A DNA stretch of 35,677 bases from an uncultured Clostridium sp. (GTDB taxonomy: Bacteria; Bacillota_I; Bacilli_A; RF39; UBA660), in NCBI GenBank assembly GCA_964589375.1, contig CAZPSA010000006.1, forward strand, positions 1 through 35,677, read 5' to 3'. Below the pieces are notes generated by a model that was not told the DNA's origin, ran no database searches, and worked only from the letters and a program-made list of their open reading frames with translations. A program made the position numbers and the translations under genes. This document shows positions 27,211-35,677 of the stretch, in pieces (the stretch's first letter is position 1; the number at the start of each line of letters is the position of its first letter).

Positions 27211-28860
27211 TTAAGAATTCTTAGGGAACTTACCATGAGTAAGTTTTTTTAAGATCTTTTTAATATAATCATTGCCAAAAATATGATCTATTATTCCCAT
27301 TTTATAACTTATAAAGAAGAAAATAGTTGACCCAATAAGAGCATCTAATCCAATTTGAATTAAAGCAGTTATCTTATGATATGGATTTAAATTTATTATT
27401 TTATTTAAAGGTATTAAAACTATTACCATTACAATTACTGGTATTAAAGTTTTAACTATATAAATAAAAGTATCTTTATAATTAAGTTTAAATTCATTGT
27501 TTCCAACTAATTTTAAACCAAGTAATATTGATATTATATAACCAATAGTTGACGCTATAATCGCCCCATAATATGGACCAATATTTAATTTATTACATAA
27601 AAGCATTAAAGGGACATCTAATAAAGCATTAGTTAATAAACCTAAAATATTAGTTAAATAAACAGCTTTAAAACGATTACAACTTTGTAAAGTAGCACTT
27701 ACTATCATACTAATATTACCTAATAAAGCATTAAATATTATTACTTTAAGAATTGCACCTCCATAAGGATTAGTATTATAAAACATTGTCCAAATAGGAA
27801 CACTTAAAATTGAAATACCAACTGCCATTGGTAAAGATATAAATATTACCATTTGAAGAGCCTTATTTAAATTATCATTTAATTCTTTATGTTTTTTAGT
27901 CGCAAAGGCTTCTACGATAGTAGGAATTAAACTAACTGTCATTCCCATCGCAATAGAGTTTACTACCATACTTATTTTGCCACTCCATGTTGATATCGTA
28001 CTAGTTATAAATTCAACATCACTAGCTTCAAATCCTAGTTTTGTTAGTGTTCTTAAAACTAAGACCATATCTGTAAAACTATATATATTATTTACAATAT
28101 TAATAATAATAAAGGGAACAGCATATGAAATAATCTTTTTAATTATTTCCTTATTAGAAATATCATCTTTAGGATATTCTTTATCTAAGTTTAAATCACT
28201 TTTATATTTCTTCATATTTTTCTTTAAATATAAATAAGCAAATAATCCGCCAAAGAAGGCTCCGGAAACGGCAATACCAACGGCGATAGTAAGTTTAGAA
28301 TGAAACACTTTATAAGCTAAAAAAGATCCGGCTAAAATTACAAATATTCTTATTACTTGTTCAAGTAAATTACTAATAGATGATGGGGTAAAGTATTTAT
28401 GGCCTTGAAAATAACCTTTAGTTACGCTTAAATGGGGAATGACTAAAACGGCAAAAGATACACACCTAATTACAAATGAAACATCATAAATAGTATTACC
28501 ACCTGTTAAATCACCAATAATAAGAGTTGCAAATTCTTCAGCAAAAACAAATAATAATATAAACATAATTATAGATATATAACCAATTATTTTTTTACCT
28601 AAAGAAAATACTCTTGTTTTAGCTTCCATATAACCTAAAGCATTATATTCACTAATAATTTTACTTATTGCACTGGGAATACCAGCTGAGGATATTCCTA
28701 AAAATATTAAATATACATTGTAGGCATAACTATATAAAGCTGCACCTTTAGACCCAACAATATCATAAAAAGGAATAACATAAAGCATTCCAAGAATTTT
28801 TACTAAAATAACCGAAGACGTTGCAATAAATGTCCCCATCATAAAACTATTTTTTTTCAA
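27211..28860 (-). CDS. MOP-superfamily flippase, SpoVB/YtgP-like polysaccharide biosynthesis protein
   Basis: 549 aa with about 14 TM segments. N-terminal pattern G.L...G.LY..P.....G..G..LY...F..S..G.P.A.SK matches SpoVB. Confidence 0.65.
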   Translation of the reverse strand: MKKNSFMMGTFIATSSVILVKILGMLYVIPFYDIVGSKGAALYSYAYNVYLIFLGISSAGIPSAISKIISEYNALGYMEAKTRVFSLGKKIIGYISIIMFILLFVFAEEFATLIIGDLTGGNTIYDVSFVIRCVSFAVLVIPHLSVTKGYFQGHKYFTPSSISNLLEQVIRIFVILAGSFLAYKVFHSKLTIAVGIAVSGAFFGGLFAYLYLKKNMKKYKSDLNLDKEYPKDDISNKEIIKKIISYAVPFIIINIVNNIYSFTDMVLVLRTLTKLGFEASDVEFITSTISTWSGKISMVVNSIAMGMTVSLIPTIVEAFATKKHKELNDNLNKALQMVIFISLPMAVGISILSVPIWTMFYNTNPYGGAILKVIIFNALLGNISMIVSATLQSCNRFKAVYLTNILGLLTNALLDVPLMLLCNKLNIGPYYGAIIASTIGYIISILLGLKLVGNNEFKLNYKDTFIYIVKTLIPVIVMVIVLIPLNKIINLNPYHKITALIQIGLDALIGSTIFFFISYKMGIIDHIFGNDYIKKILKKLTHGKFPKNS

Positions 28861-29043
28861 CTATTCATCACTCAAATTTCTATAAATTATCATGGCAGTA
28901 AAACAATATATTTGCTCTTCTTTACAAGCTGTTATTGCCACACTATACTTAATATCTATTAGTTCATCTATGGTTTTTAAAAAAGCATTAACGCTATTTT
29001 CTAAATCTTTTTCATGAGACTCATCAAAAACTTTAACTAGCAT
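28861..29043 (-). CDS. Cse60-family small sporulation protein
   Basis: 60 aa. VKVFDESHEKDLE..DIKYSVA..E.IYCFTAMIIYR matches my recollection of the Cse60 pattern. Its stop abuts the flippase start. Confidence 0.5.
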   Translation of the reverse strand: MLVKVFDESHEKDLENSVNAFLKTIDELIDIKYSVAITACKEEQIYCFTAMIIYRNLSDE

Positions 29044-29112
29044 ATTATCACCATTATTATTTTAAAATAGTAATATGATAATTATTGTCGAATTAAACCA
29101 TTTACTATAATT

Positions 29113-29760
29113 TTATTCTTTTGTTAAGTAATCATAAATAAGAGAATAGATTTCTTCACTTATTTCTTCAATCGTTCTGATTTTCTCTTTTTTAATGCAA
29201 TTAATTATAAGAAAATTATATCTTTCTGAAAGTAAACCATAAACACTTTCAGTATTTTTTAAATGTTTATTATCATCAGTTTGATCATTTCGATATTCAT
29301 ATGGTAAGTACAAACAAATAACTTTATCTGGTCTTGGTAAATCTAAAAGATTAAACTCTAATTGTTCAAGCCATAAAAGCATATTAATTCGATCATATAA
29401 TTCATCAAATTTAGCAGCTTGGTATGCCATATTAGATTCCACATAACGATCTAAAACAACATTAGTTCCCGCTTCTAAAAGAGTATTAATTTTATCAATA
29501 TTATAAGCGCGATCAGCAGCATAATATAAAGCTGCAACTTTAGGTGGTATTTTATTAATTCCTTCGGCAAAAAATGGTTCACTATTTTTACCTAAAAGAC
29601 ACTCTCCTATTATTTTACCAGTGGGACTATCATAATCTGGAAAACGCATTTTAACTGTTTTAAGTCCTTCATTATTTAAACGTTCTACTAAAATATTAGC
29701 TTGAGTTTCTTTACCTGATGAATTGGTACCTTCAATTACAATTAACTTACCTTTTTTCAT
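29113..29760 (-). CDS. tmk: thymidylate kinase (dTMP kinase)
   Basis: P-loop IVIEGTNSSGKETQ. DRY motif VLDRYVESNMAYQAAK. 215 aa. Confidence 0.75.
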   Translation of the reverse strand: MKKGKLIVIEGTNSSGKETQANILVERLNNEGLKTVKMRFPDYDSPTGKIIGECLLGKNSEPFFAEGINKIPPKVAALYYAADRAYNIDKINTLLEAGTNVVLDRYVESNMAYQAAKFDELYDRINMLLWLEQLEFNLLDLPRPDKVICLYLPYEYRNDQTDDNKHLKNTESVYGLLSERYNFLIINCIKKEKIRTIEEISEEIYSLIYDYLTKE

Positions 29761-30292
29761 TAAGTTTCTTCCTTAAACATCTAGAACATAAAGCCATATA
29801 ATTATCATTACCAACTAGGATTTCATTATCTTTTTTGCCATCATAATAAGTATAACAAGCATCACGATTACATTCATTACAAGATGCATATTTAATAACA
29901 ATTTCATCAGCTACAGCTAATATATCTGGCATAATTCCAAAAGGCTTTTGCTCGCTTGTCATATTAAGTCCAGCTAAAAATATATCTATATCTTCTTTAA
30001 CTGATAATTCTAAAAGAACACTTACATCTCCTTTTAAGAAATTAGCTTCATCAATAAATATAGTATTTATTTTATCAGTAAGATGTTTTTTAATATCTTT
30101 AATATCACTAATTAATATAGCAGGTATTTCTCTTCCATTACGAGTTTTAACCATCCCAAAATCTCTAGTATCAATTTTAGGTTTAAATAAAAGTATTTTA
30201 CTTTTATGATATTTACTATCATATACTTTAAGTAGTTCATCTGATTTACCACTAAACATAGGTCCAGTGAAAACTTTAATCATAAATATCAC
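29747..30292 (-). CDS. tdk: thymidine kinase
   Basis: GPMFSGKSDELL P-loop. C-terminal zinc ribbon CNECNRDACYTYYD...CSRCLRK. Confidence 0.9.
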   Translation of the reverse strand: MIFMIKVFTGPMFSGKSDELLKVYDSKYHKSKILLFKPKIDTRDFGMVKTRNGREIPAILISDIKDIKKHLTDKINTIFIDEANFLKGDVSVLLELSVKEDIDIFLAGLNMTSEQKPFGIMPDILAVADEIVIKYASCNECNRDACYTYYDGKKDNEILVGNDNYMALCSRCLRKKLNEKR

Positions 30293-30366
30293 CCACTTTA
30301 ATATTAAACTTTATTTAAGTTTTAGTCAATATTTTAGCTTTAAGCCTATCCATCTTTACGCCAAAA

Positions 30367-30393
30367 TAAAACTATAGATTGCTCTATAGTTTT
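30367..30393 (-). terminator. intrinsic terminator downstream of 30392..31174
   Basis: Perfect 10-bp inverted repeat AAAACTATAG/CTATAGTTTT with a 6-nt loop. In minus-sense, ATTTTGG follows. Confidence 0.5.
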
Positions 30394-31174
30394 ATTCAAG
30401 AATATTACCACATTTAACGCAAACTTTAAAAGCAGCGTTATTTGCATGACCACAGGATTGGCATTTTTTGGTCTGCAGTGGGCTGGCACTTGCTACATCA
30501 CTAGCCATCTTAGGTAACTCTAAAGTATCCTCTAGACTAGTTATTTCAGGTCCATTAACAGGTGCACTTGTTGTTATAGATAATTCGCCTAAAGGATCAG
30601 ATTGCTGATTTTCCTTAGGCATTGGCATATCAAATGCATTAATTTCTGGTTCTGTCTTTGATGAAGTAGGACCCACCTCATCATTAACATTTTCTATCAT
30701 CCCAGATACATCATTTTGAGGTAAAGTATTTAAAGTTTCGATTGGTTCAGGTTGTTCCGTTTCATTTGCCATGGCTTTAAAATCTTCGATAGTATCTGGT
30801 GTAATACTTAGTTCGTTGCCAGTATTAGCTAAAATCTCCACTGATTCGTCACCACGTAAATTTTCCAAATCAGTTTGCGGATCATCAGCCCCACGTATAT
30901 TAACTAAGTTATTACCATTATCAATATTTGTATCAACCAAATCATCACTTGTCAGCATATTGTTTTCTAAGTTTTGATTAACTTCGATCATTTCCCCTAC
31001 ATTTCCGGTACTATTATCATTTATCTCAACTGGTCTTTTCTTAGAAAAAATAATAATTAAAATAATAACTACTATAATTGCTAAACAAAGACCAATAATC
31101 CATATGTTGTCTAAAATAAAATTCATTACTTTACTTAAAGTCTCATTTTCTAGTATCGCTTTCATTTTAACCAC
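30392..31174 (-). CDS. single-pass membrane protein with an acidic disordered region and a C-terminal Cys4 zinc ribbon
   Basis: TM segment IWIIGLCLAIIVVIILIIIF followed by KKR (positive-inside rule). C-terminus CQSCGH...CVKCGN. Confidence 0.5.
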   Translation of the reverse strand: MVKMKAILENETLSKVMNFILDNIWIIGLCLAIIVVIILIIIFSKKRPVEINDNSTGNVGEMIEVNQNLENNMLTSDDLVDTNIDNGNNLVNIRGADDPQTDLENLRGDESVEILANTGNELSITPDTIEDFKAMANETEQPEPIETLNTLPQNDVSGMIENVNDEVGPTSSKTEPEINAFDMPMPKENQQSDPLGELSITTSAPVNGPEITSLEDTLELPKMASDVASASPLQTKKCQSCGHANNAAFKVCVKCGNILE

Positions 31175-31285
31175 CTTTTATCATAGTCATTATAACATAA
31201 TTTTAATAAAGTGCAAAATAAAAAACACTAGTTTTTACATTTATTTATAAAATTAGACGTGATATAATGTTGTTGGAGGTAATTT

Positions 31286-32227
31286 ATGAAGTTAAATGTA
31301 GTTATTCCCTGTTATAATGAAGAAGGAAATATTGCCTTAATGCATGAAAAATTAACTAATACTCTTAAAGATATTAATTATGAACTTATTTTTATTAATG
31401 ATGGTTCTAAAGATAATACATATCAAAAATTAGAAGATATATATAAATTAGATCCTAAACACGTTAAAGTTATAAATTTTAGTCGTAATTTTGGGAAAGA
31501 TGCCGCTATATATGCTGGATTGAGTAACGCTAAAGCTGAATATACGACCATAGTTGATGCTGACTTACAACAAAATCCTAAATACATTATTGAAATGCTT
31601 AACTTTTTAGAAACAAATAAAGATTATGATGCAGTCGCGATGGTTAATCAAAAAAGGCCAAATGAAAAAGTTATTGCGAGAATTTTAAAGGGAGCTTTTT
31701 ATAAATTCATGAATAAACTAAGTGATACTAAATTTCATAATGGTGCATCTGACTTTAGAATGTTTAGAAGTAATGTAGTTAAATCAATTGTTAGTTTAGG
31801 TGAAAACAATCGTTTTTCTAAAGGAATATTTTCTTGGGTTGGATTTAATACTAAATATTTAGAATATGAAGTTGAAGAAAGACATTCTGGCAAATCTAAT
31901 TTTAATTTAATTAAATCTTTTAAATATGCTTGGCACGGAATAGTTAATTTCAGTGTTAAACCTTTAAGACTTGCTACAACATTTGGGGTAATATCTTCCT
32001 TATCGGCATTTATTTATTTAATAGTTACTTTGATTAAAACATTAATAACGGGAAGTGATGTTCCTGGATATCCTTCTTTAATTTGTGTGATGCTTTTATT
32101 AGGAGGACTTAACTTACTAGCAACTGGAATTTTAGGCGAATATATTGCCAAAATGTATTTAGAAATTAAAAAGCGACCTATTTATGTCGCTAAAAATACT
32201 TTAGGTTTTGATGATGACATTTTATAG
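31286..32227 (+). CDS. GT2-family glycosyltransferase, polyprenyl-phosphate sugar transferase (DPM1/GtrB/CsbB-like)
   Basis: VVIPCYNEEGNI and FINDGSKDNT motifs, DAD, and C-terminal TM helices. 313 aa. Confidence 0.85.
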   Translation: MKLNVVIPCYNEEGNIALMHEKLTNTLKDINYELIFINDGSKDNTYQKLEDIYKLDPKHVKVINFSRNFGKDAAIYAGLSNAKAEYTTIVDADLQQNPKYIIEMLNFLETNKDYDAVAMVNQKRPNEKVIARILKGAFYKFMNKLSDTKFHNGASDFRMFRSNVVKSIVSLGENNRFSKGIFSWVGFNTKYLEYEVEERHSGKSNFNLIKSFKYAWHGIVNFSVKPLRLATTFGVISSLSAFIYLIVTLIKTLITGSDVPGYPSLICVMLLLGGLNLLATGILGEYIAKMYLEIKKRPIYVAKNTLGFDDDIL

Positions 32228-32229
32228 TG

Positions 32230-33591
32230 TCATTTTTTAATATTATGAAGAAACTTTATACTTATATCACTACCTATTTCTTTTAAAAATTCTTCATATA
32301 AAGAGATAACCACTTCGTTTTTATATGGATATTTAATAATTGCTTGCTTATCTATCTTAAGTAAGCTTTTTTGTCTTGTTGTAAGAAGCTCTTCACGTTC
32401 TTTAATTGGCATTAAAATTCCGCCGCCGCCACCAATACAACCACCAGGACAATTCATGACTTCAATTAAGTCATAGTCATTTTTTATTTTAAGAATTTTT
32501 TCTAAATTAATCATAGTTTTAACGGCTGCCATTTTGATTATTTTTTTATTAATCTTTACACTATATTCTTGATAATACTCTTTATCTGTAATCAAAATTT
32601 CAGAATTGTCTAAATCTTTTTTTGTCATTTCGTTATATAGACATCTTAAAACTGATAAAGCAACTCCCCCACTTATTCCAAATATTTTGCCTGATGAAGA
32701 ACCAATTATATCATCATATGGTGTATCATTAAGGGCTTTAAAATCAATCCCTTGTTCTTTTATCATAAGGGCTAGTTCACTAGTTGTTAAAGCAAAATCA
32801 CAATCTGAATTTATTATTTCAGCTTTCTTACTAGTACATGGTACAATAGAAACAATAATTAACTTTGTTGGATCAATACCTTCATTTTTAGCAAAGTATT
32901 CTTTAATTATTGTACTAGCCATTCCAATTGGACTTTTACAAGTTGAGATATCTTTTTTTAATTCTGGATGATATATTTGGGCATACTTTACCCAAGATGG
33001 ACAACAACTAGTAAACATTCCTTTTTGTCCTAGATTTATTCGATTTAATAATTCATGAGCTTCTTCAATACTAGTTAAATCAGCGCCAAATGAAACATCA
33101 AAAACATAATCAAATCCAAGTTTTTTAAGAGCACTAACACATTTTCCTTCAACAAATGTTCCCTTAGGTAAACCAAAAGCATCACCTAACGTAACTCTTA
33201 CTGCTGGAGCAGTCATGGCAATTATAGTATGATCTTTATTATTAATTAACGATAATACTTTTTGATAATCATATTTAGGGGTAAGAGCTCCAGTTGGACA
33301 AGTTAGGATACATTGTCCACAATTAATACATATTCCATCGCACTTAGTTTCATCATAAGTTATCCCAACATTATTTTTACAAGTTTTAGAACAAACTCCA
33401 CAATTAATACATTTAAAATTAATTCTATCTATACTTAAATTATCTTCTTTAATATTTACTCTATTATAGACTTTTTCTTCTTTAGTAATTAGCGAAAAAG
33501 ATTGAAGATTACTTCGGCAATAAGGACAAATATATCCATCTATTAATTCTCCATAGTGAAGAAAACCACAATTTTGACATTTATATATCAT
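32230..33591 (-). CDS. [FeFe]-hydrogenase catalytic subunit with an N-terminal rubredoxin-like Cys4 and two ferredoxin-type [4Fe-4S] motifs
   Basis: H-cluster motifs L1 FTSCCPSWV, L2 VPCTSKKAE and L3 EVMNCPGGCIGGGG. CINCGVCSKTC and CINCGQCILTCP. N-terminal CQNCG...CPYC. Confidence 0.85.
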   Translation of the reverse strand: MIYKCQNCGFLHYGELIDGYICPYCRSNLQSFSLITKEEKVYNRVNIKEDNLSIDRINFKCINCGVCSKTCKNNVGITYDETKCDGICINCGQCILTCPTGALTPKYDYQKVLSLINNKDHTIIAMTAPAVRVTLGDAFGLPKGTFVEGKCVSALKKLGFDYVFDVSFGADLTSIEEAHELLNRINLGQKGMFTSCCPSWVKYAQIYHPELKKDISTCKSPIGMASTIIKEYFAKNEGIDPTKLIIVSIVPCTSKKAEIINSDCDFALTTSELALMIKEQGIDFKALNDTPYDDIIGSSSGKIFGISGGVALSVLRCLYNEMTKKDLDNSEILITDKEYYQEYSVKINKKIIKMAAVKTMINLEKILKIKNDYDLIEVMNCPGGCIGGGGGILMPIKEREELLTTRQKSLLKIDKQAIIKYPYKNEVVISLYEEFLKEIGSDISIKFLHNIKK

Positions 33592-33639
33592 ATACTATTC
33601 ACCTATATTAATGATAGCAAAACTAATTAAAAAAAACAA

Positions 33640-34290
33640 TTAAGTCCTTTTAATTGTTTCATAATAAGCATTTACTTTTTTAGCCCAAGAAGGATCTTCA
33701 GCATATTTACTATTCATTAATTCTGCCGTAGTTAAGCCTTGAAGCCAATAATATTTATACACAATATTTAAGTAGCCATTGATACCTTCTTCTAAAGTAT
33801 TATAAGACATATATGCTCCGCCCCCACAAGAAGGCTTGCCTTTTAAACCACCAATATTATTACATTTTTTAACTAGAGCGGAACAACCCCATTTACAACC
33901 TGTTTCTAAATTAACAATTGAAACGGCTAAGTAAGGATCTAAACCATATTCTTTCGTAAAATTAGCAAAATAAATCCCGGTTCCTTTTAAAGTATCATAT
34001 AGATTAGCATCTAATTTTAAAGTTAGTTCTTCTAAAGTTAAACCATCCCATACTAGCATTTTAGTTGGAGTTGTTGTTGTAGTGGTAGTTACTGAAGTGG
34101 TAGTAGTTACTTGTGTTGTGGTTTTAGTAGTTTCATCTACAATATCAGCTAGATTATTATCATCAAAGAAAGCAATTTCTTCTAATTTTCTTGCACTTCG
34201 ATATTCATTAAAAAGAAATAAACTCATAACATTAAATAATCCAATAATAACTATAATAATATATATAAAATAACTAAATTTCGTTTTCAT
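33640..34290 (-). CDS. membrane-anchored GH73-type N-acetylglucosaminidase-like peptidoglycan hydrolase
   Basis: N-terminal TM segment, Thr-rich linker (TTTTSVTTTTTTTPT), then YLAVSIVNLETG..ALVKKCNNIGGLKG, which resembles the glucosaminidase domain. Confidence 0.55.
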   Translation of the reverse strand: MKTKFSYFIYIIIVIIGLFNVMSLFLFNEYRSARKLEEIAFFDDNNLADIVDETTKTTTQVTTTTSVTTTTTTTPTKMLVWDGLTLEELTLKLDANLYDTLKGTGIYFANFTKEYGLDPYLAVSIVNLETGCKWGCSALVKKCNNIGGLKGKPSCGGGAYMSYNTLEEGINGYLNIVYKYYWLQGLTTAELMNSKYAEDPSWAKKVNAYYETIKRT

Positions 34291-34379
34291 AGTTGTATAT
34301 TATAACATACCATCTGCAAAAATGCTCACTTTTTGTCATGATGGATAATTCAATGTTAATCAAAAAAGCAGTATTTCTA

Positions 34380-35677
34380 CTACTTCATTTGTTTCTTAAA
34401 GTATAATACTCCACCAATTAAACCAATTAATGAGATAGCACCAATTATTAAAGTACTATTTATATTATCTAGAGTTTTTGGATTTTCTTCTTCTACTGCT
34501 ACTAAAAAGTTAGTTTCAGCAATACCTCCATCAGTAAATTCTACTTTGAAGGAATGCTTTCCTACTTTTAGGGTATCTAGATAACTTTGATTTAAAACGA
34601 TGATTGTACTACCACTTTCTGATGTATAGTTTTCTTTCTCTACAAGTTTACCATCAACATATATTAAATTATTAAATAAATTATATTCAGCATCTATTCT
34701 AAATCTTAACTCTTTATCTTTAGTTATTGTATATGTTTGATTAGCGCCTTCTAAAAAGTTATATGCTGCCTTTTCAACAATTACTTCAACTTCTATGTTT
34801 TTAGTAATATTGGATATTGTTAATTTATCATTAATTAAATTTTGTTCTTGACCATCAACTAATACCTTAACTAGTTTATAACCAGAATTAGCGGTAATTA
34901 CAAAGTCTTGATTATCACCATAACTAACATTAATAACTCCGTTTGGGGTTATAGTTGCATTTGCATTATCTTTTATTGTAATTGTAAATGGAAGTTTTTT
35001 ATATATTACGACTACATTTTTATCTTCATTCATTGTAAGCTCTAGCTTGTTATTAATTACTGGAGTTTCTACATTATTAACTAGAACTTTATCAATCATA
35101 AAGCCTGTTTCGGAAGTAAAAATTACCGTTTTCTTTGTATTTGCTAAAATATCATTTTCTGAACTAGATACAGTTCCACCAGTACCATTTACACTTGTTG
35201 TTAAATTATATTTAGCATCAGCAATTTCTATGTACTCATAGTTTTCCATTGTATTTGCATAAAGACTAGTTAACATAGCATCATTAGCGCTTGTTGTTCT
35301 ATTAGCTATTTTTATTTTCTTATTTAACGTTTCATTTCCAATATACATAGCTGATGTATTTGGTATTATATCATTAATACTATAATCATTTAAATAACTA
35401 TATTTTTTTAGTAATTGTCCATTTTTGCTTTTAAATGTTAAATCATTAAATTTTAAATCTATATTTAGAGTTGGATTTTCATTGGGAGTACCTGTTTCAA
35501 TTATTCCTCCAAATAAAGCACTTGTTGATAGTGCATTATTATTATAAGTTTCAAAAATAGCATCATTAATCTCAAATGTAAATTTTACGTTATTATGCCA
35601 AGCAGTATTATTACTTTCTACTAAAGCAAAAATACTATCATATACTAAATTATTAGCAGTAAGAATTGATGTTTGAA
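34380..35677 (-). CDS. large surface protein, 3' portion only (5' end lies beyond the window), with a C-terminal TM anchor
   Basis: I checked the reading frame and it has no stops from 35348 to the window end, so the Met at 35348 is internal. Asn/Thr-rich beta-type repeats. The tail LIIGAISLIGLIGGVLYFKKQMK is a TM anchor with no LPXTG. Confidence 0.55.
   Translation of the reverse strand, partial: QTSILTANNLVYDSIFALVESNNTAWHNNVKFTFEINDAIFETYNNNALSTSALFGGIIETGTPNENPTLNIDLKFNDLTFKSKNGQLLKKYSYLNDYSINDIIPNTSAMYIGNETLNKKIKIANRTTSANDAMLTSLYANTMENYEYIEIADAKYNLTTSVNGTGGTVSSSENDILANTKKTVIFTSETGFMIDKVLVNNVETPVINNKLELTMNEDKNVVVIYKKLPFTITIKDNANATITPNGVINVSYGDNQDFVITANSGYKLVKVLVDGQEQNLINDKLTISNITKNIEVEVIVEKAAYNFLEGANQTYTITKDKELRFRIDAEYNLFNNLIYVDGKLVEKENYTSESGSTIIVLNQSYLDTLKVGKHSFKVEFTDGGIAETNFLVAVEEENPKTLDNINSTLIIGAISLIGLIGGVLYFKKQMK

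Noticed and set aside
27977-28237. 86-aa plus ORF inside the flippase gene
   Set aside because: Antisense to a polytopic membrane protein gene.
30771-30977. 68-aa plus ORF inside 30392..31174
   Set aside because: Antisense shadow ORF.
32606-32971. 121-aa plus ORF inside the hydrogenase gene
   Set aside because: Antisense to a gene with complete H-cluster motifs.
34082-34273. 63-aa plus ORF (VVTEVVVV...) inside the GH73 gene
   Set aside because: It is the antisense reading of the Thr-rich linker (ACN codons read as NGT, Val).
35047-35241. 64-aa plus ORF inside the partial surface-protein gene
   Set aside because: Antisense shadow ORF.
1-35677. CRISPR arrays, rRNA genes, transposases/IS elements and recognisable phage-defence modules
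   Set aside because: No spaced direct-repeat arrays. No rRNA-like conserved blocks. No DDE/HTH transposase or recombinase-like ORF. No nuclease plus ATPase defence pairing among the ORFs.

Overview
This window is a very AT-rich (about 25-30% GC) chromosomal segment from a low-GC Gram-positive bacterium that looks like a spore-former. The standard genetic code is in use: conserved Trp codons are TGG, and the tRNA-Trp has a CCA anticodon. The backbone is housekeeping genes: uppP, an SDR oxidoreductase, a PAP2 phosphatase, ftsA-ftsZ, murT-gatD, trmB, tmk, tdk, dut, a GT2 glycosyltransferase and a [FeFe]-hydrogenase. Spore-related genes sit among them: a gerK-type A-C-B germinant receptor operon, cwlJ, a SpoVB-like flippase and a Cse60-like small protein. 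There are also many lipoproteins and uncharacterised membrane or secreted proteins. The most striking items are: (1) a 154-aa protein with about 16% cysteine; (2) a 527-aa secreted protein with a TasA/camelysin (SipW-cognate) type signal peptide whose 3' end is compositionally foreign (about 48% GC); (3) a T-box-like leader in front of a dut-tyrS pair in which tyrS carries a frameshift and an in-frame TGA at a conserved Trp; (4) a truncated ABC-F ATPase pseudogene and two other apparent gene remnants, which suggest ongoing gene decay; (5) a GatD that appears to lack its catalytic Cys; (6) a membrane-anchored PTS EIIB-like domain with its phospho-Cys replaced; (7) a divergent 400-aa ThyX-fold protein; and (8) a small family of intergenic palindromic repeats that coincide with terminators. 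No CRISPR array, rRNA, transposase or recognisable defence system was seen.
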